Assembly (NCBI RefSeq): GCF_001194135.2
Contig: NC_068995.1
Location: 24,196,477-24,260,476, forward strand
Origin: Octopus bimaculoides
Taxonomy: Eukaryota
Reading direction: 5' to 3'
Length of the DNA: 64,000 bases
Below are positions 12,056-25,903 of this stretch, piece by piece; position 1 is the stretch's first letter, and every line of letters starts with the position of its first letter. The notes under the pieces were generated by a model. It saw only the letters and a program-made list of their open reading frames with translations, did no database searches and was not told where the DNA came from. The position numbers and the translations under genes are program-made.

Positions 12056-13545
12056 TCTCTCCCCACAAATTTGAGATTTTGAGATCTTAGAAATTTTTAT
12101 TGTTGTTGCTGACACAGTTGCTCTTGTTGATCGAAACATCATTTGTTTGTGCTGTCGTTGTTATTGTCACCGAAGTGATTAAATTCGCGTTGTCGTTGTT
12201 GCAGTTGTTGCTAAACCATTGCTGAAACCCGGTTGAGCATTTGACTTTTTACTATCCCATCATTTTTTATACCTCGAGCTACATTGTCTAATTCGTACCT
12301 CCTGGTATAAGACTGTAGGGTGTGCTTTTAGGTAGAATCAATTGCTGCTACTTACAAGTCGAACACTATTTTCATGTTGTCTGCATTGTTCTTACTTGTT
12401 TTGTTATTTTGCAGCTGACGTCATTGAATATGTTATTGTTGTTCTTAATACTGCCGTTACTAATGTTATTTAAAATACTTGTGTAGCTAATGTAGTCTTC
12501 ACTTTGCCTGGTTGTATGATGATGGTAATGACGATGAAAGTGTAGATGATAGTTTAGTCAACCATGCATCGAAGGCATTTTATTCACTGTCTCTGCATAT
12601 TGTCTTTATTTATTGCACTGCATCGAAGATATTAGAATATCTATCAGATGATTACACTTTTAACGTCTTTGTTGAAATCATTACAGAGATGACTGGTAAG
12701 TGTCATACAGAGTATATCTTATTGTAAGGAATAAAGTTGGTCGGCTATTTGTTGATGTAGTTTGGTTGCTACACTGTTCAGTGACTATTTAGATATTCCA
12801 ATGTTTGCTTGTAGAATCTTTGCTGATGTGTCAAAATGTCTGTGTGCATATTATAGGAGTTAGAAGTATCTTCGTCAGAGTGTGAATTTTAATGATAGTG
12901 AATAAATAGTTTGGGAATAGAAAAGAAAGAAATGAGGAAATAGAGAGGAAATAAAAAATAGTTCACGTGTTACATATGAGATAAAGCGTAAGATAATTGA
13001 TTGATAGGGAGCAGTAAAAATCATGTGAGAGAACTATAACTAGGATGGCAAAAATGTATGCAAACTTGAAAAAGTATTAAATGTAGGGTCGAAAATTTGA
13101 AAAGCAGCGGCAATCTGTAATGTATTTACTTTTTCTTCCATTGCTTTCTCACTTCACAACTTGTCAACGACTACCTAATCCTTCAAATAGTTTGCGTTCT
13201 TGTTATCTCCCTCATATCGCTGTACTCTCCAACGAGTTTCTCGCTTTGTGACCATTATTAATCTCAATCTATGCATTTGGTATCATCAGCAGATAGTTCT
13301 GTGCGATGAAGAATACCGCCTGAAACCAAAAGGTTACCTTCTCCTCTTCCCTGTGATAAACCATTTATTCCACTTTTGATCTAGTTACTTTTATTGTGTC
13401 AACATACAGCATCACTAGTTTCTTCAGGGCCAACATACATTGTCATAATTATTATACTATCTTCAGTTCAATGTTTAGTGTAACCTTACTGGTTACATAC
13501 TTTCTTTTTTAGCATAAGTCAATATCAACCTTTAAAGGACATTTG

Positions 13546-13586
<41 letters not shown>

Positions 13587-13817
13587 TGCGTGTCTGTGTC
13601 TGTGTCTATGTCTGTGTCTGTGTCTATGTCTGTGTCTCTGTGTGTCTGTGTCTGTGTGCGTGTGTGTATGTATGTTTGTATGTGTGTGTATGTGTGTGTG
13701 CACGCGCGTGCATGCGTGTGTGAATGTGTAAGGAATATTGGTATAAGGTTGTTCATTACTTTTTCAGTCTTCGAAGAAATAGGTAAACTAACCCTGCTTA
13801 TAAATTTACTAGATAGG

Positions 13818-13874
<57 letters not shown>

Positions 13875-14439
13875 NNNNNNNNNNNNNNNNNNNNNNNNNN
13901 NNNNNNNNNNNNNNNNNNNNNNNNNNNNNNNNNNNNNNNNNNNNNNNNNNNNNNNNNNNNNNNNNNNNNNNNNNNNNNNNNNNNNNNNGCACACACACGC
14001 ACACCACCACCACCACCACCACCACACATGCACACACACACGTACGCACGCACGAACACACACACGTACGCACGCACGAACACACACACGCACGCAGACA
14101 TACGCATACATAAATACATACATACATGCATACATACATGCATGCATGCATGCATACATACATACATACATACATACATGTGGTATGCGTTTATCATATA
14201 TCCAGCATGTGGAGGATATTCACATATTGTATGGCGTAAAAGGTTCTCACCTATTGATATAATAGCAACATTGAATCATATTAATGATGCTCCATTTGCC
14301 TCTAATGAAGATAATGACTCTACTTAATCAGAAAACAAGCTCGGTAGAAATTCTCGAAAGACTGAAAATATATCACACAAGTCGGTACAAAACTAGAGGG
14401 CGTGTGATGATAATTAGTCGTAAGTGAAAGTGCTCCCTA

Positions 14440-15010
14440 ATAAAGAAAGCTATGTGATTGTCAGCCCGTTCCGATGTTGGGCAGTCTGGTTTCTTCCGGT
14501 CGATATTGCAATAGGTGGAGGGTTTTTTGTTGGTCCTCTGCAGAATAGTCGGTTGACAGAGCTGCCATCTTGGATGATCGGCCTTCCATCTTGGATGATC
14601 GGCCTGCCATCTTGGATGATCGGCCTGCCATCTTGGATGAGGGGACTGCTATCTTAGATGATAGGGTTGCCATCTTGGCGCCGTGAGTCACCATTAGTGT
14701 GGAACATCCCCGGGAAACAGGTCCGCCTGGGGTGGCCTTACCAGAAGCAAATCTCCAAACGGATCTAAGAAATACGCAAGCTCCCTCGCCACAACAAGGG
14801 ACCCAGTAGAGAGATACAGAGGGTGCAGAGGGGTTGGTACGAGACCACCTGCAATGGAGGGCACTGGTGGACTTCATCGGCTCTACGCATGATGACGTCT
14901 CTGGGATCACGAACCTGGGATAACATCAAGCCTCACCAATCAAGAGCATCGAGTGAGTGAAGAAGGCGGTTCTGCTAGTTATAGAATCAATAATCGTTTA
15001 TTGAGTCCTA
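14440..15010 (-). other. GC-rich island with 21-bp tandem repeat and open 149-aa minus-strand ORF; probable retroelement remnant
   Basis: GCCATCTTGGATGATCGGCCT x ~5 at 14563-14680; ORF 14910-14461; AATAAA near 15000 followed by TGGTGAGG at ~14938 on the minus strand. Confidence 0.35.
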
Positions 15011-15889
15011 AAGCAATATGGGTGCAAAACTACGATCTGTATAAATGAGTGACTAAGAAATGTTTTGATTTTTGATTTAAAAAATCAAATTCTTTTTAAG
15101 CAATATCCTGTCCTTAGAAACATTTCGATAAATGCTTCGAAAATGTGATTAGTCAAGCCTTATGGAAACAAAAAGAAATAATATATTTATTTGGTGTGTT
15201 CGTTACTTGTGACATTTTTCGTCCGAGGATATATATCGCAATGCCAAACTTAGAATTAGCTCAACACAGTTATACCAGTAGTCAGCAGCTTAAGAACTAT
15301 GGAGCAATGTATACCTTCCGAAAACATGTGTCTTCAAATGTGTAATCAGGGGTTTGTCTAACAATTTTTACGAATCATTTTTATTATAGAAAAGGAAAAA
15401 TAGTAGTAACTTCTTCACGGTTTATCAAACAAAAGTTTTTATGTCAACAAAAAAAAAATCGAATATTTTTATGGGGCAAGAAGATGTTAATAGCTGGAAT
15501 TAAGTTCTGGGAGCAAGACAGTGATGTATTGGGGTAACAGANNNNNNNNNNNNNNNNNNNNNNNNNNNNNNNNNNNNNNNNNNNNNNNNNNNNNNNNNNN
15601 NNNNNNNNNNNNNNNNNNNNNNNNNNNNNNNNNNNNNNNNNNNNNNNNNNNNNNNNNNNNNNNNNNNNNNNNNNNNNNNNNNNNNNNNNNNNNNNNNNNN
15701 NNNNNNNNNNNNNNNNNNNNNNNNNNNNNNNNNNNNNNNNNNNNNNNNNNNNNNNNNNNNNNNNNNNNNNNNNNNNNNNNNNNNNNNNNNNNNNNNNNNN
15801 NNNNNNNNNNNNNNNNNNNNNNNNNNNNNNNNNNNNNNNNNNNNNNNNNNNNNNNNNNNNNNNNNNNNNNNNNNNNNNNNNNNNNNNNN

Positions 15890-15940
<51 letters not shown>

Positions 15941-16208
15941 ATATGTGACTGTATGTTGCATGTGAAGTTGTGTGTGCATTTTCGGTACTCTTGGAACATT
16001 TATTTATATGTGTATGTACATGTTTATGTGTATATATATATATGCATACATATATACACACATGCACACATATATAAACATGTATAAATATATGTACACA
16101 TAGGCACATACAGATCGACACACGTATATATGTGTGTTTGTGTGTATGTATGTATATATATATATATATATATAAATGTGTGTGTGTGTATGTATGCGCG
16201 CGCGCGTG

Positions 16209-16257
<49 letters not shown>

Positions 16258-18889
16258 GTCCCGCTTGCCAGTGTCTTCTAACAAACACCAAAATATATCT
16301 ATATAAATCAAGAGGTCCACCTTGATCAGAAAACATAAATGAAAAACGTAAAAGTAAATGGATAAACAGTTCAGGAATAAAAAAAAAATAGAAAAAGTAA
16401 GCCAGTGAAAATAAAATTTTCGTTTTTTTTATGCTAGAATATCCGATTTTGAACTGTTTTTATTCCACTCTATTCCACTCTATCTACATTTTTCTCATTC
16501 TTTCTACTGTCGTCTTCCTTATTTGCCAATGCACGTCAATTTTTTCCTTAAAAAGATGTTGTGCTGTTAAGCATGAAATGTGGTGTATTTCATTTTACAA
16601 GAACTACTGGCTGTTAATCAAAGTAAACGGACGATTGATATTTCAAAATCAAAAAATATATTTTATCGCAGACAAAACTTTGACCTCCATTTGTTTTATA
16701 CGAAATGAGTTTTTGTAAGAGCATTCAAAAGTAGAAAGAGAAGAAAGTGAAGCAGCCGTCATAGATTTCGTTTAGGAGCAGACGACATAGATTCTTATGT
16801 GTAAACTGCATTAATGTTTCGATTTTAACTTTTAAAGCGTTTTTATGGGAAATAAAACAAAACATAAAAAAGTCTTTAGAAAGATTCGTGAACTTTTGAA
16901 GATATATGTGTGTCTGCATGTATGTATGTATGTACTTGAGAACAGATTTTCTTTTAGATATTCTGTACTGAATGCACGAGGTTCTAGTTTTATGCTTTTT
17001 ATCAATGGTTTGCTTTCTTTTTCATATTTTTCTAAGTTTTGGCAGTGTGTTTGAAATACTGAAGTACTCAAATCCAACGTCAGCTGTTGTAGACTTTCAG
17101 AGCCTCACCTTCAGAATGAGGTGAGATTTTATTATAAGTAGATCCAGTGCCGTATTTCTACTGGAATTTGGATACTGGTCGTTAGATGTGTACGTCAACT
17201 GCCAGAAATATATTTTTATTAAGTAGTAAATGTCTTTGTCTTCATTTTAGCATTTTCTATGTTGTGTGCATTGTTTCCATCATTAATCGTCTATTTTTAT
17301 GTGAAATTCTATAAAGTGTATATACCTTGTCCACAAATACTTTCCTCTCTATTTTGTTTTCTGATGTAGAGTGCAGTGAATCGCAATTGCTCCTTGGTGA
17401 GCCAATGTAAGACTTTTGTATAACACTTGAAGGCATCAAATTTAAACTTTCACTTCTGCAATCGTATTTAAAAATCATATCGACCAGTAATAGCTTCTTT
17501 GTGGGTTTATAAGCTTGCGGTTTGTTTCTGATGTTTTTTTTTTTAATTTAACTGTCCTCATGATGATACTTATACTGCTGGATATGGGTATAAAAACTGC
17601 TCCCCGTTGCCAAACCATGCTGAGCCAGTGTGAAGTGTCGAATCAGAATGATCACAAGCTCAGATTAACGGCCTCCACAGCAGACCGTGGTTGGGTGAGC
17701 AATCCAATCCAATCCAATCCAGTTGTGGTTTCTTATATCATACATTGCGTTTTGTTTTACGTGGATTTTGAAAATGTGCTCATTTGCTCATTAGCTAGCA
17801 TAAACGTTTCCTATAACAGACTTTCTGTGTGGTTTGTGATCTTTTAATAGGTTTGCTGCCGGATGTATTTGTCATAAAATACATGTGTCTATTTTTTTTT
17901 ATAGTTTGGTTAATTAGTTTTTAACAACACCTGTTGTTGATTCGGTTCGTTTGTAGAGAATTTAAATGCTCTTCTAAGTAAGGGATTTTGCACTAACATT
18001 TGTATCTGTGTAGACATTTGCTGTCTCCATGTTGATATATGCATATATTTCTACTTTTGTTGCAAATGGGTATAATATAAGCATTTATACGCATACCATC
18101 ATGTATATGAATATATATCTATATATATACATACATACAGATATGTAAGTAGATATGCTCATACATATGCATACCATAAGAATACGTATATAAACATATG
18201 TGTGTATCCATGTGTTTATGTATATATGTGTGTAAATATGCACATATATACGTACATTTACATACATATATATTGTGTAACATGCAAGATTAAGGAATAA
18301 ATATAAGTGTATGTGTGTATGCATGTATGCATATATGTATGTATATAATATTATATATATATATATATNNNNNNNNNNNNNNNNNNNNNNNNNNNNNNNN
18401 NNNNNNNNNNNNNNNNNNNNNNNNNNNNNNNNNNNNNNNNNNNNNNNNNNNNNNNNNNNNNNNNNNNNNNNNNNNNNNNNNNNNNNNNNNNNNNNNNNNN
18501 NNNNNNNNNNNNNNNNNNNNNNNNNNNNNNNNNNNNNNNNNNNNNNNNNNNNNNNNNNNNNNNNNNNNNNNNNNNNNNNNNNNNNNNNNNNNNNNNNNNN
18601 NNNNNNNNNNNNNNNNNNNNNNNNNNNNNNNNNNNNNNNNNNNNNNNNNNNNNNNNNNNNNNNNNAACACCCTGAAACTAGTCTGCAGATGCCAAACCAG
18701 CAAGGGGAAACTGCTGACCTCCCCTGTTCGAAGGTTATAAAGGACACAGGTTTCGTGTGTCACATAGCTAGCTAGAGGCGATGGCTTCTTGAAGCTAATT
18801 CACGGCAGCTTTCGTCCTAATTTTGGGACTGCCATGTTGGCTTGGCGATAACTATTATATATATATATATATATATATATTACATACAA

Positions 18890-19910
18890 ATTTGAAATGT
18901 AGGTTGTCCTACAATAACACAGCCTACTCCCCGCCCGCCTTTCGTATTCAGAAACCTAGTGAAGGGTGTCAGTAACAAACGAGGCTCTGGTGTCTGTTAC
19001 AACGAGGCTCTGGTGTCCAGTTGGTTTAAGGACCGCATCTCCTATATTCCGGGCCCTGGCATTTGCAAAAGGAGGCGCCACCGTAATATCATTTGGTTTG
19101 CCCCACCCTTCTCTCTCCATGTTAAAACCTGCGTGGGAAGAATATTCCTTAGACTTGTTGGCAAACACTTCACACAGTCGCACAGATACAGACGAGTGTT
19201 TAATAGGCAAAACTTAAGGGTATCTTTCAATTGTGCGCCCAACGTTAAGAAAATTTTATTGAGCACCCCTAAGCCACGAGCAGAGGCTCATATAGGATGT
19301 ACAATGACTGACCAGTGGAGGGTGGGATCGATGCTAAACCGAAGGCGTCGTGTATGAGGTTGAAAGGATGGCCGGCACTGGCAGCCTCAGTAACTGCCTA
19401 AGCAACAACGGCACATCTGCCGACAACAGCAACAACAACAACAATGGTAGTGGCTACGGCGGTGGCAACAGCAGCGCTTCAAGCAGCAGAGACAACAATA
19501 CCAACAGTTACAATGGCATCAGTAACACTAACTTTGCGACCGGAAATAGCTGCTACGCCAGCAGCAACAGAACCACGAGAATCACGTCCACGAATATCAG
19601 CACTGGCAGCGATTCCCGCAGCAACAACAATGACACCAGATCCGGAGTTAACGAAAGAAACATCGGTGGTGGTGGTACATTCAATACACAGACACGAAAA
19701 TGTGTTGTTTACTAAGTTCAAACGAGGCAGATGGATGTGTTAGCATCGAAGTCGAAGGTTTTGTAACTAACAAGGAGAGTAATTCTATATATCACTTGAA
19801 GAAATACAACTGGATCCCGTTATACAGGTAAACCGTGGCATAATTTAAATCCTGTAAATATGAAGATCTATGTTGTATGGAAACGGGAGTAATGATTATA
19901 AAATAACTGT
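18890..19910 (+). mobile_element. Penelope-like element: RT C-terminus/linker plus C-terminal GIY-YIG endonuclease, decayed
   Basis: YNEALVSSWFKDRI..RRHRNIIWFAPPFSLHVKTCVGRIFLRLVGKHF..VFNRQNLRVSFNCAPNVKKI, then C*TEGVVYEV, later TKFKRGRW and DLCCMET. Confidence 0.85.
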
Positions 19911-19999
19911 CTAATCGTACTTCTTATTGATTCTATCTTATTCAATTATATATATACACATATATATTCGAAAACTGGAACGATTCCATCATCAAAATC

Positions 20000-20200
20000 A
20001 TTAAAAACTACGAGCAGTTATAAACATCAAATGGGATGATTATATCAACAACCTTGCAGACCTTGGACGGATCAAGAGCATTGGAGTTATCATCATCAAA
20101 CATCGCCTCGGATATACAGAATATATCCATTGCATGAACAGTACTCGACTGCCATGTCAACTCCCCTGAAGCGAAGTCAGTATCTTTAATAGATCACTGG
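20000..20200 (+). mobile_element. LINE (RTE-like) ORF2 C-terminal fragment, decayed
   Basis: WDDYINN..IIIKHRLGYTEYIHCMNSTRLPCQL resembles WxDxxTN..RLRWxGHxxRMxxxRLPxQ. Confidence 0.4.
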
Positions 20201-20591
20201 ATGAAGACAGTAAGTGACTGTCAGTAACTGAGTGAACAACGTCCCAACTGGCTTAAACAACTAATGGCCAGTAAGCTGGACAGCCTTGATCCTATGGGTA
20301 GACTTTATAACTTTTTAGGAGTTCGGACAAGAAAATTAAAATAACTGTAGTGTACAATGATATGCAGAGGTTGCTGGGTGGAAGTTGGTCAGGAGAAAGA
20401 CATCCGGGAAGCTAGGTTTTGGAATGTAGATAGAGAGAAAAGGATAACATCAAGACTGAATGCGTATCTGTTGCTTTTGGGTGAATTGTGTTTCAGTTGA
20501 TACATTATGTGGATGGCCACATCAGAGCCACAGAGGTGTCCGGGAAAGATTAGAAAGATTTGATTCAAATTTTAGCACGAGACAAGCAATT

Positions 20592-20772
20592 TTCCGGAGG
20601 GAGTAAGTCTTTTGCATCAACCCCGGTGTTCAACTGGTACTTATTTTATCAACCCCAAAAGGGTGAAAGGAAAAGTCGACCTCAAATTTAACTCAGGACG
20701 TAAAACCGGACGAAATGCCGCTAAGGACTTTTTAACACGGCGTGCTAACGATTCTGCCAGATCGCCGCGTTA
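20592..20772 (-). mobile_element. SINE family A
   Basis: Reverse-complement match to the 2094-2330 copy. Confidence 0.85.
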
Positions 20773-21174
20773 GAAGGTTAGAGATGTTATACAGGGGCAT
20801 ACTTTAGGTATCCATCTTTATCTATTTTGATAAGGTGATAGAATGTGGGAAATTTGCTACTTCTAGTGGTAAAGTTGGTTTTAAACTTGATAGGGAGCTT
20901 ACGACAGCTGCAGATATCAATCCAGGTTGGGTTGATTAAAATCTCGTTCTAGATTGGTGTGGTTCCTGTAAATTTGGTGCATAGATCATTGTTATTGAGT
21001 TGTTTGAATGTTAACTCATTTTATTTACTTGATACGATAACACAGATTTTTTTCCCTCTGTCAGAAAGGGAAGTAAGTGAGACATTTCGTTGTTAAGTTT
21101 TGGAGTAGGTTTGTATCGATAAAACAATTAATTTTTTTTTTAAATTTGTTTTATTATTTTTTTAATTAGACAAC

Positions 21175-21600
21175 AATGATTGCAAGTTCCTCCTATGTTC
21201 ACCGTGTATCACAATTCACGACACGATTCAGTACAAGGATTTCCACACAATATAGTAGACATGTAATTTCTCTCTTTCATTCTTCTTACTCTTCTCTCTC
21301 CCCGTTCACAATAGAACATAAATGACCAATACTCTTCAGTCTTTTTTTCCCTTCTGTCCTTCTTTTTATTTATTTTCTATTTTTCTTTAATATATTTTGT
21401 CCTCGGCTGTTGGATCATCATCAGATAAAAACGACGACTAAACTATCTTAATAACCTTGTAGTTTGTTTGAAACAATAAACTTCCTAAATCCATTATTCT
21501 GAACGTATCCAAACAATCTCAAATTCGTCATTAAGATATGAAGTATTATTCGCTCCCGTATCGCCTTTTTTATATTGTGAACGACTCCCATTTTATGCAA
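21175..21600 (-). pseudogene. Copy 1 of a local duplication; decayed coding-like segment
   Basis: Diverged direct repeat of 22270-22750; minus strand reads RNYMSTILCGNPC. Confidence 0.4.
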
Positions 21601-22269
21601 ATATCACATTTGGGACGAAAAAAAAGATTGCTACAGATGAGTTATGTATCGGTGTCAGTCGTTATAATAGTAATGTCGATGGTAATGTTGTTCCGTTTAT
21701 CACGACTGACGCAGACAAAAGGATTGCTGTGCTAGCCTGTAATTGAAAGTGAAAAAAAGTATTTAAGCCGATTTATTTCTCGTGGTCGACACAAATATGG
21801 TTTCACCACTCTAACGTTGTGGTCGTTTCTTAGTAGGGTTGTGATATTCGAGTTGTTCTGAAATTTTTTGTATGAGTTGATGAAGCAACATTTTTATGCA
21901 GAAGTCCTGTATTATAATTCAGAGAACTTTTAAAATAAGGGACGCTTCGGGAAAAGTGATGGCTTCAGATCGTGATAGGAATTTTATCGTTTTCTAAGTA
22001 GCTTTAAAGAAGTTGATTTGGCATCCAGTCTTATCAGGCTGATAGTCTCTCTGATATTTGGAATAATACTTTAACGGTGGCAAATTTGGCTTGTGTCAGA
22101 TGTAGAGATAGACGAGGATTCTGCAGAATATGTAGAAAATTAATATTACAGATGACAATAGTTATGCAAATCGAATACTGAGTATCAAAAATAACAATAT
22201 CGTTAAATGTGGATAAAGCAACTAAATATTTTTAAAAATTAGCCAACAACTAGCAGCCAACTTTTCTAC

Positions 22270-22750
22270 AGTGATTGCAAGTGTCTCCTATAAATAAGTA
22301 CACCTTATATTCATCCGGTAACGCAATTCACACGTTTCATCCTTGCACACATGTCATTCCAAACAAGGATTTCGACATAATACAGTGGACATGTAATTTC
22401 TCTCACTTTCACGCTTCTTAACTCTCCTTCTCGGTCACGGCCGGACATGAGCAATAGTTTTCTGTCTTTTTCCCTTTGTCCTCCTTCCATTTACTTTTAT
22501 ATTTTTAGTTATATATCTTTTTCTTATTATTTTATATACTTTTTCTTCAGCTCTTATGTCATCATCATGCAAAAATGACGACTAAAATATCTTAATATCC
22601 TTGCAGGTATTAAGATAGTTTGAAACAATAATCTTCCTAAATTCATTATTATCAATGTATCCAAACAATCTCAAATTTATCATCAGGATATGAGGTATTG
22701 TTCGCTCATGCTTTGACTTTTTTATAGTAAGCGACTTCTATTTTATTCAG
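22270..22750 (-). pseudogene. Copy 2 of a local duplication; possible ZAP/PARP12-type zinc-finger remnant
   Basis: Minus strand reads RNYMSTVLCRNPCLE*HVCKDETC, similar to the CxxPCxxLHxCK first finger of ZC3HAV1/PARP12. Confidence 0.4.
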
Positions 22751-23542
22751 ATGTTATCGACAGAATTCGACTTTTACAGTTACACCGCATTGTTCACTTG
22801 TTTATCCTGTTCATGTCACTGTATGTTGCCATTATGCTTAATTCAGTTTACTGTTGTAATACAACAATTACTGCTAAAGCTAATCATCTATTTTTTTCTG
22901 TATGCACACATGCACACACTCACGGGTATATACATACATGCATACATAAATATATATAATTTAGATTCAGTTGAATTAGGTACTTAAATTGAGGCACCTT
23001 GTTAGGACGAACTTATTTGCACACTCAGAAAATATCAGGTGAGTATCAAACTCAACATAGAATTTTTTCCACCCGATATTCATGCAAACTATGCAGATGG
23101 CACTTAGTGTATAAATCCGCTCTTGTTTGTTCAGACATGTACTTTATATAAATCTACTTTCCAAATACTTCCGAAGTGCAGATTCCAGAGTAGATGAGAA
23201 AATATAAATGAGTAACAAAGATGTATATGTGTCAATTCGTTACAGCCGATTCGAGCAATTCCTTTACTTGATCAATGAATGCATTACATCATTACAAAGA
23301 AAACCGTTCTCATCAGTTGACAGCATAGACATCAAGCATAAAGGACAGGTTAGATAATCAAACATATTCATAAATCTATTGATGATATGAATATGTCTAA
23401 ATATCTAACTTGTCCTTTATTCTTGTCCTCTATACGGTCATCTCATGAGAACGGTTTTCTTTGTAATGATATAACGCTTTCATTGTTCAATGAAAGGAAT
23501 CACTCGAAACGGCCGTAATGAATTGAAACTTATATATTTTTG

Positions 23543-23582
<40 letters not shown>

Positions 23583-23614
23583 NNNNNNNNNNTATATATA
23601 TATAGATATATATA

Positions 23615-24010
23615 TGTCGCAAGTGTAGCTAAGTGGTAAGAGGCTTGCTTCTCAACCACATGATTCCGGGTTCTGTCCCAATTTGTGGCACCTTGGGTGA
23701 GTGTTTTCTGCTATGGCCTCGGTCTAACCAGACATTTGTGAGTGGATTTGGCAAAACAGAAACTGAAATAGGCCCCTCGTAAATATATGCGTGGGTGCGT
23801 GTGTGCGTGTGCGTGTGTATTGTGTTTGTGTTTATCCCCCACTGCTGCGTCGCAATGGGTGTGGGTGTGTCTATGTCCTTGTAACTTAGTGGTTCGGCAA
23901 TAGAGTCAGTTTGAATAAGTACCAGGCTTAAATAAATAAGTACTGCTGCTGATTCATACAACTAAAGATTCATGGATGCAATCTAATGGCTGAAACAAGT
24001 AAAAGATAAA
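23615..24010 (+). mobile_element. SINE family B
   Basis: Head GTAGCTAAGTGGTAAGAGGCTTGC..CCGGGTTCTGTCCC, internal TG tract, 3' core. Confidence 0.85.
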
Positions 24011-24384
24011 CAATACACACATACACANNNNNNNNNNATATAATACGTCATATGTAAACAAACATAAGTTTGTTTTTGAAGCGTTGCAATTTATTTCTGC
24101 TCTTAAAAACGGATTTTATCCTTTACATATACTCTTCAGTATTTACGTGTTAACAAAATATCTTTTTCTACTTCTTCTATATATATATATATAGTAAATC
24201 CAAAATCCTCTTGTATGTATACATAGATATATATATAACATATATACTTAATGGATAAACTCAGTTTGCTTACCTCCCCTCTTCTAACACGAGGATCGTA
24301 ACTGTTTTTGTAACCACTTAACCACATACATACAGATCTAATCATAATCCTGTAACACACTGAAAATTCCTCTATATCCACGAT

Positions 24385-25500
24385 GTGTTGGTGCGGGGAA
24401 TAAATTGTCATCTAAATTACATAAATATGTAAATATCACTGACATCTCATTATAACAGATATATTTACCAAAATTGCATAACAATCTCTTGAAATACTAA
24501 AGGGTAAATTTATTCAATAAGATCGCTATTTGCTTCAACTAAGGCCTCTAGACGACTTCAGAATCACTTGCAACTCTTCTGGACGGTCTCCTTGCTTAAG
24601 TTGGTGAATGCTGCCATAATCCTTGCCTTCAATTAATCTTTGGTGTTACAAGGAGTTTCGTTGGTCTCTCGCTCAACTGCGCCCAACACATAATAATCAG
24701 CGGGACTGCAGTCTGAGGAGTTAGTTGACCAGATGTTAGGGGTGGTGTGGTCGCAGAAATTGTCTGACAATCATGACTGGATTCTCCTGCTTGTGTGACA
24801 TAGTACAGAGTCCTGTTGTCAGACATAGGATCTTCCAGCCGCAACCCTCTTGGCCCTGAGCAGTACTACTTCCCCGAGGCACTTGATGTAGGCCTCCATG
24901 TTGAGACTGAGGACGTGTAGGAAAATAAATGGTGGCATAACGTCGCCATCACTAGTGCTTACTCTAAACACCATGATGTTGACTGGACGTTTGATTTTTA
25001 TCATTCTAGGTACATGTTTTGGGGACACAGCAAGCCAATGGTTGTTCTGTGTGTTAACCATCCTGACAGAAGTTTTTCTCGTCTGAGGAAAAAACAAAAC
25101 ATGTTCGATTGGAGGAAATGCTTGACTTTGTTCAAAAGCTTCGTAGCGCGGTCTTTCCTCTTGTCATTGATGGCTTGGGATAAAAATTGGCTCTTTCTCA
25201 TCTTTATGAGGAATACCGAATGTCTTCATGTACTACCAGCCTGATAAAAAACCCACACAGTCCCATGTTTCTGGGATTGACTTGGAGGGATCGTTGTCAA
25301 TCATGGCCTGGATCTCACCTACAAATTCAGGTGTTCTTTTTTCATCAGAACGCTCAGAGTTTTCCGAGCCGCCGTACCTTCGTAATCACCATTAAACTCA
25401 TCCAACTCTTTCAGAATCCTTTGCACTGTCATTACAGAAAATAAGCTGGTTACCACTCAGATATCTATCAACAGTACCTCGTATTGACATGTGAATTCCG
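24385..25500 (-). mobile_element. Tc1/mariner DD37D (maT-like) transposase pseudogene
   Basis: Minus strand reads QQDSVLCHTSRRIQS*LSDNFCDHTTPNIWSTNSSDCSPADYYV, with 37 residues between the second and third catalytic D. Confidence 0.88.
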
Positions 25501-25537
25501 TACTAAGATCAATCATTGTAGCATAATTTTATAGTCC

Positions 25538-25582
<45 letters not shown>

Positions 25583-25860
25583 AACATGCACATTGCCTCA
25601 TACGCATGCTTTTATTCATGTATAGTTTTGCAGTGGAAGCACAACGACGTCTTTTTACTCTTACTCCCATGTAGGTGTGCAGGAGTCTCTGAATATCTTT
25701 CTTTTTCTCTTTTTAGTCACTCACTGACTCTGAGTGTATCAGTTTCATTTAATAGACATGGAATAAGTGCTATTTATATTTACTATACTTCAAACTTTAT
25801 GCGCATACAATCTCTCACACACACATGCACATCTAATAACTACATACATACATATGTGTG

Positions 25861-25903
<43 letters not shown>

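Noticed and set aside
17113-17202. 90-nt minus-strand exon candidate with AAG|GTGAGG donor
   Set aside because: Weak pyrimidine tract, several competing acceptors, AT-rich; cannot be supported.
23008-23046. Plus-strand 33-nt exon candidate with CAG|GTGAGT donor
   Set aside because: Opposite strand to the other candidates, weak acceptor, no partner exons.
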